Below are positions 29,055 through 39,048 of a stretch of DNA of 64,000 bases, in pieces. The DNA is from an uncultured Candidatus Saccharibacteria bacterium (GTDB taxonomy: Bacteria; Patescibacteriota; Minisyncoccia; Phycocordibacterales; UBA9973). Positions within the stretch are counted from its first letter, which is position 1, and each line of letters starts with the position of its first letter. The translations under genes and the position numbers were made by a program. The notes beneath the pieces were generated by a model. That model saw only the letters and a list, made by a program, of their open reading frames with translations, did no database searches and had not been told where the DNA came from. The stretch spans positions 2,557 to 66,556 of the forward strand of contig CAZIZK010000002.1 of assembly GCA_964544225.1 (NCBI GenBank), read 5' to 3'.

Positions 29055-29080
29055 AAGCTTCAGCAATGAGGCTTTTTTTA
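29055..29080 (+). terminator. Rho-independent terminator
   Basis: AAGCTTCA-GCAA-TGAGGCTT followed by T7. Confidence 0.5.
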
Positions 29081-29134
29081 TTACCCAGCTTGAAAAATAG
29101 TCATTTTTGGGGTATTCTGTTAGTGTCTATATAT

Positions 29135-29205
29135 TGGGATATCGTCTAATGGTAGGACAGGGGCCTTTGAAGCCCTTAATCGAGGTTCGAATCCTTGTAT
29201 CCCAG
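29135..29205 (+). tRNA. tRNA-Gln (anticodon TTG)
   Basis: Hand-folded. U1:A72 acceptor TGGGATA/TATCCCA, anticodon stem GGGGC/GCCCT with loop CTTTGAA, T-loop TTCGAAT, discriminator G. Confidence 0.8.
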
Positions 29206-29227
29206 CAAAAAATGCTATACTAGCTTT

Positions 29228-30241
29228 ATGGCAATATCAAATTTTGAAAAAAGATTTTTCTTTATACTTCTAGGTATAATTTTATTAATAGCTTTGTTAA
29301 TTATTAAACCGTTCTTTTCTGTTATTGTGGTTAGTATTGCATTGGCTGTAATATTTACCCCTGTATATGAATGGATTAATAAACATATCACTCGTGGTGT
29401 ATCTTGGGTGTCGGCAATTATTACTGTGGCGCTTGGTGTATTGATTATTGCAACCCCAATGTTTTTTATTGGTAAAATGCTATTCAACGAATCGCAAACT
29501 TTATATCATATCGTTTCTGTGGAGAATGGTAACAGTGATTATATCGAATCTGTTACAACATCTTTAAATAGCTTTTTACCAAAGAGCTTCCACATACCCG
29601 ATTCAGAAATAAAGAATTTGGTTATCAAGATATCCGAGGGTATCGGTTCATTGTTTACTAAGACGATATCTACTATATTCTCATTCTTGTTGGTTATTAT
29701 TGCATTCTTCTATTTCTTGAAGGATGGTAAAAAGTTGAATCAATCACTAATTGCACTGAGCCCACTTTCTGACTCGCACGATAAGAGCTTGCTTGGAAAG
29801 ATACGCAATGTTATCAATGGTGTATTACGCGGGTATTTCCTCGTGGGTATTGTGCAGGGTGCATTGCTCGGACTAGGCTTCTGGATATTTGGAGTACCAT
29901 CACCAGTATTGTGGGGGACAGTCGCTGCTTTTGCATCACTTGTTCCAAGTATTGGTACTGCGTTCATATCTGTACCAGCTATTGTTTACTTGTTTGTTAT
30001 CGGCGCAACCAATCCTGCTATTGGATTGATTATTTGGGCTGCACTGATTGTGGGGCTCGTCGATAACTTGTTGAACCCACTAGTAGTAGGTAAGAAGATC
30101 AATGTTCCACCACTATTTATATTGTTCTCAGTGCTAGGAGGAATATCGTTATTTGGGGCTGTTGGTGTATTGGTTGGCCCGATAATAGTTGGATTGTTGT
30201 ATGAACTTGTAACTTTGTATAAAGAAGACTTTACTGTATAA
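29228..30241 (+). CDS. AI-2E family transporter (PerM/UPF0118)
   Basis: Eight TM segments with a conserved central GxxxG-rich region. The start is moved to MAISNF (29228), because the ORF-track start overlaps the tRNA. Confidence 0.7.
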   Translation: MAISNFEKRFFFILLGIILLIALLIIKPFFSVIVVSIALAVIFTPVYEWINKHITRGVSWVSAIITVALGVLIIATPMFFIGKMLFNESQTLYHIVSVENGNSDYIESVTTSLNSFLPKSFHIPDSEIKNLVIKISEGIGSLFTKTISTIFSFLLVIIAFFYFLKDGKKLNQSLIALSPLSDSHDKSLLGKIRNVINGVLRGYFLVGIVQGALLGLGFWIFGVPSPVLWGTVAAFASLVPSIGTAFISVPAIVYLFVIGATNPAIGLIIWAALIVGLVDNLLNPLVVGKKINVPPLFILFSVLGGISLFGAVGVLVGPIIVGLLYELVTLYKEDFTV

Positions 30242-30248
30242 ATGGATT

Positions 30249-31658
30249 ATGGATTTTACTACGCAAAAAAAACTCTCAGATTTGTTAATTGGTATTGATG
30301 TATTGAACACAAAAGGCAACATCAATATTGATGTTCCACATATATCTATAAACTCCAATGACATAAAAGATGGCTCATTATTTATTGCGATTGTGGGGCA
30401 TGTTACCGATGGGCATTTGTTCGTTAGTGATGTTATACAAAAAGGCGCCAAAGTGATAGTCCACGAAAGTGACATAAGTGAATACAAAGACGGGGTAGTA
30501 TATGTACAAGTATCCGACAGTCACAAGGCGGTGGGGCAGATCGCTTGTAACTTCTACGACAATCCATCTTCCAAGTTTAAACTCGTAGGTACTACTGGCA
30601 CCAATGGCAAAACAACCACTACGACATTGTTGTACAACTTATTTCGCAAGCTCGGGTACAAAGTGGGTATGATAGGTACAGTTGTGAACAAGATCAATGA
30701 TGAGGAGTTCGAAGCTTTACGCACTACACCCGACGCTATAACTTTACAGAAATTATTTGCAGATATGTTAGATGCCGGTTGCGAATATGTATTTATGGAA
30801 GTTTCCTCGCATGCAGTTAATGAGGGGCGCTTACAAAATGTGTCTTTTGCAGGTGGAGTATTTACAAACCTGACCCATGACCACCTAGACTACCACGTAA
30901 CTTTTGATAATTATCGCGATGCAAAGAAAGGCTTCTTTGATATGTTGCCAACAAATGCATTTGCTATTACAAATAGCGATGATGAGTATGGCATATACAT
31001 GGTGGATAATACAAAAGCCACAACTCATACATATGGGTTCAAGAACTTGGCAGATTTTATGGAAAAATTAGAAAGTAAATTGGTTGGCGAGTTCAATGCA
31101 TATAATATACTGGCAGTTTATGCGACAGCTATGGCATTGAACCAAGATAGTGAAAGAGTTAAAGAATTAATCAAAACATTAGATGGAGCCCCAGGAAGAT
31201 TTGAATCATATACCAGTCCGACTGGTACAGTAGGTATTGTTGACTATGCACATACACCCGATGCGGTGGAAAATGTGTTAAAGACTGTTCGTGCTATTTC
31301 CCTTGGCCAAGTGATAACTGTTATTGGCTGTGGTGGTGACAGGGACAAAGCAAAGAGGCCTACAATGGCACGTATTGCATATGATATGAGCGATATTGTA
31401 ATACTTACTTCAGACAACCCACGCAGTGAAAAGCCAGAGGATATAATAAACGATATGCAGGGTGGCATTGCCAATATTGATAATAATAAATTGCATACTA
31501 TAGTCGACAGGCGCGAGGCTATTGCGAAGGCGTGTGATATTGCAAAAAAAGGCGACTATATAGTGGTGCTGGGCAAAGGCCACGAGGATTATCAGGAGGT
31601 GAATGGTGTTAAAACACACTTCTCTGATATGGAAGAATTAAAGAAATATATAAAATAA
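30249..31658 (+). CDS. murE: UDP-N-acetylmuramoyl-L-alanyl-D-glutamate--2,6-diaminopimelate ligase
   Basis: Mur ligase P-loop GTTGTNGKTTTT, MurE DNPR motif (LTSDNPRSE). 469 aa. Confidence 0.9.
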   Translation: MDFTTQKKLSDLLIGIDVLNTKGNINIDVPHISINSNDIKDGSLFIAIVGHVTDGHLFVSDVIQKGAKVIVHESDISEYKDGVVYVQVSDSHKAVGQIACNFYDNPSSKFKLVGTTGTNGKTTTTTLLYNLFRKLGYKVGMIGTVVNKINDEEFEALRTTPDAITLQKLFADMLDAGCEYVFMEVSSHAVNEGRLQNVSFAGGVFTNLTHDHLDYHVTFDNYRDAKKGFFDMLPTNAFAITNSDDEYGIYMVDNTKATTHTYGFKNLADFMEKLESKLVGEFNAYNILAVYATAMALNQDSERVKELIKTLDGAPGRFESYTSPTGTVGIVDYAHTPDAVENVLKTVRAISLGQVITVIGCGGDRDKAKRPTMARIAYDMSDIVILTSDNPRSEKPEDIINDMQGGIANIDNNKLHTIVDRREAIAKACDIAKKGDYIVVLGKGHEDYQEVNGVKTHFSDMEELKKYIK

Positions 31659-31696
31659 AAAACCTGTTTTCTTTTTACAGAAATCAGGTTTTTTTG
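31659..31696 (+). terminator. Rho-independent terminator after murE
   Basis: AAACCTG...CAGGTTT stem followed by T8. Confidence 0.5.
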
Positions 31697-31883
31697 AATT
31701 GGTTTTGGTTTTTTTAAATAAAAGAAGGTCTTTTATTTTTTATTTTAGTAGGAGTTATCCACCAAACAACAAATAACAAACAGTATTGCAAGACTGTGAA
31801 TATGGCTGTCATTAAAACTAAAGCCAGTATTCCTCCTAAACGATAGTTTACGAGTTTGTTTACAAAATCATAACTAAAAAGAT

Positions 31884-32129
31884 TTAATTTCTCAAAGATA
31901 AAAAAGTATTTACCAACAAAGAAAATCCTGTAACTAGGAGTATAAATGGATCTTTTGTGAAGATTCCAAATCTTCTACTTTCCATTTTTAACACTATTGC
32001 CATTACAATTGGCATTAGCATGGGTATAAGCATAATGCTTTTGTTGACTTGTAATACATTAATAAAAAATAAGGGAAAAATTAACCAGAAAAGGACGGTT
32101 AGCCATGCTAGAGAGTAAAATTTTTTCAT
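31884..32129 (-). CDS. Small membrane protein (81 aa)
   Basis: Two hydrophobic helices. Lies between convergent genes. Confidence 0.4.
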   Translation of the reverse strand: MKKFYSLAWLTVLFWLIFPLFFINVLQVNKSIMLIPMLMPIVMAIVLKMESRRFGIFTKDPFILLVTGFSLLVNTFLSLRN

Positions 32130-32201
32130 AATTGTGTGGATTTAAGTTTTTTACACTATAGCATATTATGCACAAAAGTCAAATTATTAATATTGTGATT
32201 T

Positions 32202-33881
32202 TTGTGGTTTAATTTAGGTGTGGAAAAATCTTGTTCAAAATGTAATAAACATTTTACGATAACAGAAGATGACCAATCTTTTTATGTAAAGATGGGTGTT
32301 CCGGTGCCCGAGATGTGTCCGGAATGTCGCTTTATGATGAGGTCACTTTTCCGTAATGAGACCACCCTTTACTCTGGGCGAAAGTGTGCACTTTGTGACA
32401 AGAGTATTGTGACTATGTATAACCCAAAGTCCCCATACACTATTTACTGTTATGATTGTTTCAATTCTGAGAAATGGGACCCAAAGGATTATGCTACAGA
32501 TTATGATGAGTCTAGATCCTTTATAGAACAAATGAAGGAATTCCTTATAAAAGTTCCAAAGATAAATCTGTACCTTACACTAGGTTATGGGGAGAATGTT
32601 AATAGTCCTTATGTAAACATGGCTAGTGGTTGTAAGAATTGTTATCTTGTATTTAATACCGGCCCTGCCGAGGAGACTCTTTATTCACGAGGGCTTCGCA
32701 AGAGCTCGGATTCATCTGATCTTTATTTTGGATTTGCCATTGATAGGTGTTATGAATCTATAAATATTCAGGAATCTGCTTCGGTTACACATGGGCAGAA
32801 TGTTGTAGGGTGTGTAGATTCACACTTTTTATTGAACTGTTCCAACCTGACCAATTGTTTTGGTTGTGTAAATTTACGCAACAAGAGTAATTGCTTTTTC
32901 AACGAGCAATTAACAGCAGAGGAGTATAAAGAAAAAGTTGGGGAAATACTCGGTAGTTATCAAAAAATGGAAGAGATGAAAAACAAATTTGATGAGTTTA
33001 CTATCGATTTTCCTCGTCGGGCAAATAACAATTTTAAAACTGTAGACTCAACCGGGGACTATATTTCAGAGTGCAAGAATGTAAAAGAATCTTTTGAAAT
33101 ATTTCAATCCGAAGATTGTAAATATTTATTTGCTTCAAAGATTATAAAAGATTCATACGATGTACTGGGTTATGGTACAAATTGCCAAATGTTACTGAAT
33201 TGTGTGGCTACAGGGTTCTCGAACAACATCATAGGTACATACTCTGCTGAAAACTCAAGCAATATATTATATGGATTCTATGTAGACAATTGTCATGATT
33301 GTGTGGGTTGTGATGCATTGAAGCATGGTAAATACGCAATATTCAATAAAGAATATACAAAGGAAGAATATGAAAGGTTGCGAAGTAAAATCGTAAATGA
33401 ATTAACCGAAGCTGGGTTATACGGGCTGATGATGCCACCAGAGCTTGCACCCTTTGCCTACAATGAGACAGTGGTCCAAGACAATATCCCTCTTACGAAA
33501 GAAGAGGCTATTGGCCGTGGGTTCCGATGGGAGGATGATATCCAGATAACCAAAGGCAAGGAGACATTAGCTCCAGAGCAGATTGCTGATAGTATAAAGG
33601 ATATAAATGATTCTATTACAGACGAGGTTCTGAAGTGTGCAAAGTGTGAACGTAATTACAAGATCACAGAGCAAGAGTTACTCTTCTATAAAAAGATGAA
33701 TTTGCCAATACCACGACAGTGCTTTTATTGTAGACATGAACAAAGAGTGGTACGCCGTGGACCTTTTAAATTATTCGATCGTAAATGTTCAAATTGTGGG
33801 CTCGATACTCATACAAACCTGACAGAAAATGTAGCTCCTATAATATACTGTGAATCCTGCTACCAAAAAGAGGTGATTTAG
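32202..33881 (+). CDS. Cysteine-rich protein with duplicated terminal zinc-ribbons and internal C-x2-C repeat units
   Basis: N-terminal CSKCNKHF..ITEDDQSFYVKMGVPVPEMCPECR and C-terminal CAKCERNY..ITEQELLFYKKMNLPIPRQCFYCR are the same module. The core contains about 20 C-x2-C/N-rich repeats (NCFGCVNLRN, NCHDCVGCD). Confidence 0.6.
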   Translation: MWFNLGVEKSCSKCNKHFTITEDDQSFYVKMGVPVPEMCPECRFMMRSLFRNETTLYSGRKCALCDKSIVTMYNPKSPYTIYCYDCFNSEKWDPKDYATDYDESRSFIEQMKEFLIKVPKINLYLTLGYGENVNSPYVNMASGCKNCYLVFNTGPAEETLYSRGLRKSSDSSDLYFGFAIDRCYESINIQESASVTHGQNVVGCVDSHFLLNCSNLTNCFGCVNLRNKSNCFFNEQLTAEEYKEKVGEILGSYQKMEEMKNKFDEFTIDFPRRANNNFKTVDSTGDYISECKNVKESFEIFQSEDCKYLFASKIIKDSYDVLGYGTNCQMLLNCVATGFSNNIIGTYSAENSSNILYGFYVDNCHDCVGCDALKHGKYAIFNKEYTKEEYERLRSKIVNELTEAGLYGLMMPPELAPFAYNETVVQDNIPLTKEEAIGRGFRWEDDIQITKGKETLAPEQIADSIKDINDSITDEVLKCAKCERNYKITEQELLFYKKMNLPIPRQCFYCRHEQRVVRRGPFKLFDRKCSNCGLDTHTNLTENVAPIIYCESCYQKEVI

Positions 33882-33895
33882 TGTATATTTTGTAA

Positions 33896-35239
33896 GTGAC
33901 TGATTACAAGACATATTTCAAAGGGAAGAAGATAACCATCATGGGGTTGGGGCTTTTAGGGCGTGGATTGGGGTATACGAAATTCCTAGCAGAATGCGGG
34001 GCACAACTGATAGTGACAGATATGAAAACAAAGGAACAATTGGCCACATCTGTAAAAGAACTGAAAAAGTACAAAAACATAGAATGGGTTCTAGGTGAAC
34101 ATAGAATGCAGGATTTTAAAGGGGTGGACATGGTGATAAAGAATCCTGGGATTCCTGCTGACTCTATTTATATAAAGGAAGCAAGGAAGAATAAGATCCC
34201 TGTAGAGATGGATGCATCACTCTTTGCAAAGCTCGCGCCCGAGGTGACTATTGTAGGTGTAACAGGTACCAGGGGTAAGAGTATGACCACAATGCTGATA
34301 TACGAAATATTGAAGGGCGCAAAGAAGCGTGTATATCTGGGTGGTAATATTCGTGGTATTGCTACATTGCCACTTTTGCAAAAGGTGAAGAAGGGCGACA
34401 TAGTGGTGATGGAGCTCGACTCTTGGCAGTGTGCCGGATTCGGTGAGGCAAAGATATCACCACATATTGCCGTATTTACTACATTTATGCGCGACCATAT
34501 GAACTACTATGGTGGCAGTATGAAGAAATATTTCGCCGACAAGGCCAATATTTTTAAATATCAAAAGAAGTATGATACATTGATAATCCGTCCCGAGATG
34601 AAGAAGCTAATTTCTGAATTTAACTCCTCCCATGCGAAGGGGAGGTTAGGAGGGGTTGGTGGTAAGTTAATAATTGCCAATACTAAAAAAGTTCAAGATT
34701 TGGATTTCAAAATCCCTGGAACTCACCAGCTGGCAAACTTGGCTTGTGCAGTAGCCGCCGCGCAAGCGCTAGGCGTGCCAAAGGAGGCTATATACAAAGC
34801 TGTAAAGAATTTCAAGGGGGTAGAGGGGCGCCTACAATACATGAAGACTGTAAAAGGGGTAAAGATATACAACGACAACAACGCCACAACTCCCGAGGCC
34901 ACATCTGCTGGACTTGAAGCTTTAGGTACAAATACAATTTTGATTTGTGGTGGAAGTGATAAAAACTTGGATGTCAATAATTTAGTAAAAGCTATTAATA
35001 AGTACACTAAAGTAGTTATAGTATTACCAGGGAAAGGCACAGATAGATTGATAAACAGTAAAATAAATACAGAATTTATAAAAGCAAAAGATTTGAAAGA
35101 TGCGGTAGGGAAGGCGATGAAGATTGCAGTGAAGGGGGATACAATATTATTCTCCCCAGCCTTTGCATCGTTTGGAATGTTTACGAACGAATATGATAGA
35201 AATGACCAATTTGTAAAAATAATAAAAGGGTTGAAATAA
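33896..35239 (+). CDS. murD: UDP-N-acetylmuramoylalanine--D-glutamate ligase
   Basis: N-terminal Rossmann fold ITIMGLGLLGRG and Mur ligase P-loop VGVTGTRGKSMTT. 447 aa. Confidence 0.9.
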   Translation: MTDYKTYFKGKKITIMGLGLLGRGLGYTKFLAECGAQLIVTDMKTKEQLATSVKELKKYKNIEWVLGEHRMQDFKGVDMVIKNPGIPADSIYIKEARKNKIPVEMDASLFAKLAPEVTIVGVTGTRGKSMTTMLIYEILKGAKKRVYLGGNIRGIATLPLLQKVKKGDIVVMELDSWQCAGFGEAKISPHIAVFTTFMRDHMNYYGGSMKKYFADKANIFKYQKKYDTLIIRPEMKKLISEFNSSHAKGRLGGVGGKLIIANTKKVQDLDFKIPGTHQLANLACAVAAAQALGVPKEAIYKAVKNFKGVEGRLQYMKTVKGVKIYNDNNATTPEATSAGLEALGTNTILICGGSDKNLDVNNLVKAINKYTKVVIVLPGKGTDRLINSKINTEFIKAKDLKDAVGKAMKIAVKGDTILFSPAFASFGMFTNEYDRNDQFVKIIKGLK

Positions 35240-35243
35240 ATAT

Positions 35244-35822
35244 ATGCTTCCGGAATATTTAAATTTTTTAACACCTATCGTTGGTATCATTGCTAGTTAT
35301 TTTTATATAAAAAGTATAGTAAAAGGCGAAACCATTCCAAATAAAGTTGGATGGTTTATTTGGTTACTAGCACCACTAGTTTCGTCCTTTGTAATTTTGC
35401 AAAATGGTGGGGGGCTTTCTGCTATACCCGTTTTCATGTCTTGGATTATTCCACTTATTGTTCTGATTGCCTCATACAAGATTAAAACAAAATTAAAAAT
35501 AAATAAGCTAGATATCGTATGTTTTATTAGTGCACTCATTGCTATGTACTTTTGGCTCATTGCAAAAGATATTTATAATGCAACTGTATTTGCAATAATT
35601 GCAGATGGGTTTGGCTTTATACCAACTATTTATAAAACCATAAAAAACCCAGGCACTGAAAAACCTTGGCCATATATAGCTGGTATTTTCAATGCTAGCA
35701 TTGCTATCCTAACACTGCATAATTTTGCATTTCATTTATTTGCTTTCCCTTTTTATTTATTGATTGGTAATGTTATATTGATTAGTGTGATATATTTTAC
35801 CAGTTTTAAGAGAGTTAAATAA
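35244..35822 (+). CDS. Membrane protein, unknown function
   Basis: 192 aa with six hydrophobic segments. Confidence 0.5.
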   Translation: MLPEYLNFLTPIVGIIASYFYIKSIVKGETIPNKVGWFIWLLAPLVSSFVILQNGGGLSAIPVFMSWIIPLIVLIASYKIKTKLKINKLDIVCFISALIAMYFWLIAKDIYNATVFAIIADGFGFIPTIYKTIKNPGTEKPWPYIAGIFNASIAILTLHNFAFHLFAFPFYLLIGNVILISVIYFTSFKRVK

Positions 35823-35823
35823 T

Positions 35824-36390
35824 ATGAAAACAGCAATAATAATACATGGTATGCCAAATAAGGAGGGTTATTATAATCCGAACGGTGATGCTGAATCTAA
35901 TTCTCACTGGTTACCATGGATACAACACGAACTTTTAATAAGAGATATATTGGCTCAGACTCCAGAAATGCCAGTACCTTATAATCCAGATTACAATGCA
36001 TGGAAGGAAACGTTCGAAAGATTTCCAATTAACGAGGAAACTATTTTGGTAGGTCACTCTTGTGGAGGTGGTTTCCTGGTACGTTATTTGAGTGAAAGTA
36101 ATGTGAAGGTTGGGAAGGTTATTCTAGTGGCTCCATGGATAGATACTGAAAAAAAATTAAATACAAGAATGTTCGACTTTAATATTGATCCAAATATTGT
36201 TTCTAAAACTAAAGGTATAACAATATTTAATTCATTAAATGACGTCAATGTTATACATGATAGTGTAAATAAAATTTTGACTGATGTAAAAGATATAAAA
36301 TTAAAAGAGTTTGATAATATGGGTCATTTTACCTTTAAACATATGGACACCAATAAATTCCCAGAATTATTAGAAGAGATTTTAAAATAA
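35824..36390 (+). CDS. Alpha/beta hydrolase (RBBP9/YdeN-like serine hydrolase)
   Basis: Nucleophile elbow VGHSCGG. 188 aa. Confidence 0.6.
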   Translation: MKTAIIIHGMPNKEGYYNPNGDAESNSHWLPWIQHELLIRDILAQTPEMPVPYNPDYNAWKETFERFPINEETILVGHSCGGGFLVRYLSESNVKVGKVILVAPWIDTEKKLNTRMFDFNIDPNIVSKTKGITIFNSLNDVNVIHDSVNKILTDVKDIKLKEFDNMGHFTFKHMDTNKFPELLEEILK

Positions 36391-36395
36391 AATTT

Positions 36396-36908
36396 ATGCG
36401 GATACCAATAGTAAATGAACAAGATGAAATAATAGCTTATAAAACAAGGGAAGAAACTACTCGCGAGGATATTCGCCGTATTGTTGGATTAAATGTTTTT
36501 AATGAAAATAATGAAATTTTAATTGCAAAAAGACAGGCAAACAAGTCTATACACCCAAATGTATGGGGTCCTGCAGTTGCTGGTACGGTAGATGAAGGGT
36601 ATGATTATGACGATACAATGGTAAAAGAAATGGGAGAGGAAATAGGTCTATTTGATGTAAAACCTATTTTTGTAAAAAAAATGTATTATGAAGATGAAAC
36701 CCAAAGGAGATTTACTGGTGTATACTATGCCATAGTAAATTCAAAAGAATTTACTCCAATAATACAAGAATCAGAAGTTGCTGAAATTAAATGGATTAGT
36801 TTAGAAGATTTAGAAAAATGGTATCAAGACAAACCCCAAGATTTTATCCCATCTTTCCAGCGAACTATAGATAATATAAAAGAAGCTTTAGAGCTTAAAC
36901 AAAAATAA
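36396..36908 (+). CDS. NUDIX hydrolase
   Basis: Nudix box GPAVAGTVDEGYDYDDTMVKEMGEEIG. Confidence 0.65.
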   Translation: MRIPIVNEQDEIIAYKTREETTREDIRRIVGLNVFNENNEILIAKRQANKSIHPNVWGPAVAGTVDEGYDYDDTMVKEMGEEIGLFDVKPIFVKKMYYEDETQRRFTGVYYAIVNSKEFTPIIQESEVAEIKWISLEDLEKWYQDKPQDFIPSFQRTIDNIKEALELKQK

Positions 36909-36909
36909 T

Positions 36910-37692
36910 ATGCAAAAATTTACGATACAAAATAGACATGGTTTAAAGATTGTTGGGAATATTTCAATACCTGAAAATCCAAAAGGTTTGGCTTTTGTGA
37001 TGCATGGATTAGGTGGAACAAAAGAACAACCGCATATATTACTAATAGCAGATATTTTCCTAAAGAATGAACATACAGTTGTTAATTTTGATGGAACAAA
37101 TTCACTTGGTGAAAGTGAGGGCAAATACGAAAATGCAACAATGCAATTTCACTATGAAGATTTAGTAGATGTTATCAATTGGGCAAAAACACAAGAGTGG
37201 TATATGGAGCCTTTCGTTCTAGCGGGTCATAGTCTTGGTGGTTATGCTGTTGCTCGTTACGCTGAGGATTACCCGAACGAAGTTAAAGGGGTATTTCCTT
37301 TTGCTTTGGTTGTTGCAGGACAGTTTAGCTATGAAGCTAATGAAAAATTTTACCCAGAAAGATTAAAAGAATGGAAAGAAACAGGCTGGAAAGAAGAAGA
37401 AAGCAAATCATTCCCTGGTGTTATAAAAAGATTACCATGGTCACACATGGAAGAAAGGTTAAAACACGATTTACGACCAAATGCTAAAAATATAACAATG
37501 CCAATATTGTTTGTGACAGGAGATGAAGACACTTCATGTACTCCAGAAAGTCAAAGAATATTATATGATTTAGTAGAAAGTAGTAATAAGGAATTCCATA
37601 TTGTTAAAGGTGCGCCACATACTTTCCGTGAGCCAGAGCATTTGGAGCAACTTAAAAATATTTTAGATAATTGGCTAAAGAAATTAAATTAA
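36910..37692 (+). CDS. Alpha/beta hydrolase
   Basis: Nucleophile elbow LAGHSLGG. Acid and His residues in the C-terminal half. Confidence 0.7.
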   Translation: MQKFTIQNRHGLKIVGNISIPENPKGLAFVMHGLGGTKEQPHILLIADIFLKNEHTVVNFDGTNSLGESEGKYENATMQFHYEDLVDVINWAKTQEWYMEPFVLAGHSLGGYAVARYAEDYPNEVKGVFPFALVVAGQFSYEANEKFYPERLKEWKETGWKEEESKSFPGVIKRLPWSHMEERLKHDLRPNAKNITMPILFVTGDEDTSCTPESQRILYDLVESSNKEFHIVKGAPHTFREPEHLEQLKNILDNWLKKLN

Positions 37693-37693
37693 T

Positions 37694-39025
37694 ATGGATC
37701 TAGATTTAAATAAAATTAAAAATATACACTTTATCGGGATCGGGGGGATTGGGATCTCGGCTATTGCGCGTATGATGCTTGCCGACGGCAAGAGTGTTAG
37801 TGGTCAGGATATGCAGGACTCGGAGATTATTGCTGATCTGAAGAGTGCAGGCGCGGATATTACAATAGGGCAAAGTTTTGAGAATATCCCTGAGGGCACA
37901 GAATTGGTTGTGTATACTATTGCTATAGAATATTACGACCCAGAACTATTTAATAAATTGCAAGAGCAAAAGGACTTTTCTATCCGTTCATACCCGCAGA
38001 TGCTACACCTAGTGACTGATCATAAATACACTATCGCTATTGCAGGTACTCATGGCAAGACAACAACCACAGCCATGATAGGCTATGCATTGCGTGGAAT
38101 AGGCAAGGACCCAAGTATGATCGTGGGAAGTTTGATACAACAAGACCCTTCGAGTACCTCAGGGCAGGCACGCACAAATTATTGGGCGGGGAAGAGCGAT
38201 CTATTTGTGGTGGAAGCGTGCGAGTACCGCCGATCATTTCTAAATATAAAGCCAAATATTTTAGTGATTACAAATATTGAAGCTGACCATCTAGATTATT
38301 ATAAAGACATTGCCGACATACAGAGTGCCTTTCATGAACTTGTTATGTCTGTGCCTGATGGTGGCTATATAATATGTAACCCAAATGATGAAATAGTTGC
38401 CAAGGTATTAGTAGGTACGATGGCGCATATTATAGACTACACACGTTTCTTCAATGACAATCTAAAATTAAAGATCCCAGGTTTGCATAATAAATACAAT
38501 GCGGCTTGCGCATTGGCTGTGATAGATGCACTTGCTTTCGATAAATCTGAAGCAACGAATAAGCTTGCAGATTTCCCAGGTACTTGGAGACGTTTCGAAT
38601 ATAAGGGGGCACTATCAAGTGGCACGAAAGTCTACGATGATTATGCCCACCACCCAACCGAGATCAAGGCCAGCCTCCAAGGCTTCCGCGAATTGTATCC
38701 ATCAAGTAGTGGCTACAAAGTTACTGTAGTTTTCCAACCACATTTGTTCAGTAGAACTAAATCATTGCTCGACGAATTCGCACACAGCTTCGCCGAAGCA
38801 GACAATGTATTGATATTGCCTATATACTATGCTCGTGAGGTAGACGACGGCACTGTTAGTAGCCATACTTTATCTGATGCAATAGGGTCTATAGCTTCCG
38901 GCTATGACGATTTTGAGCAAGCTAAAAAATATTTAATGAATATGAATCTGGGTGATAAAGATATCCTCGTCACAATGGGTGCCGGTGAGGCATTTAAAGT
39001 GGGTGACACACTACTCAATCAATAG
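37694..39025 (+). CDS. murC: UDP-N-acetylmuramate--L-alanine ligase
   Basis: IHFIGIGGIGISAIA N-terminal fold and P-loop IAGTHGKTTTT. 443 aa. Confidence 0.9.
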   Translation: MDLDLNKIKNIHFIGIGGIGISAIARMMLADGKSVSGQDMQDSEIIADLKSAGADITIGQSFENIPEGTELVVYTIAIEYYDPELFNKLQEQKDFSIRSYPQMLHLVTDHKYTIAIAGTHGKTTTTAMIGYALRGIGKDPSMIVGSLIQQDPSSTSGQARTNYWAGKSDLFVVEACEYRRSFLNIKPNILVITNIEADHLDYYKDIADIQSAFHELVMSVPDGGYIICNPNDEIVAKVLVGTMAHIIDYTRFFNDNLKLKIPGLHNKYNAACALAVIDALAFDKSEATNKLADFPGTWRRFEYKGALSSGTKVYDDYAHHPTEIKASLQGFRELYPSSSGYKVTVVFQPHLFSRTKSLLDEFAHSFAEADNVLILPIYYAREVDDGTVSSHTLSDAIGSIASGYDDFEQAKKYLMNMNLGDKDILVTMGAGEAFKVGDTLLNQ

Positions 39026-39048
39026 TTTTGTTGCTATAATAAAAATAC

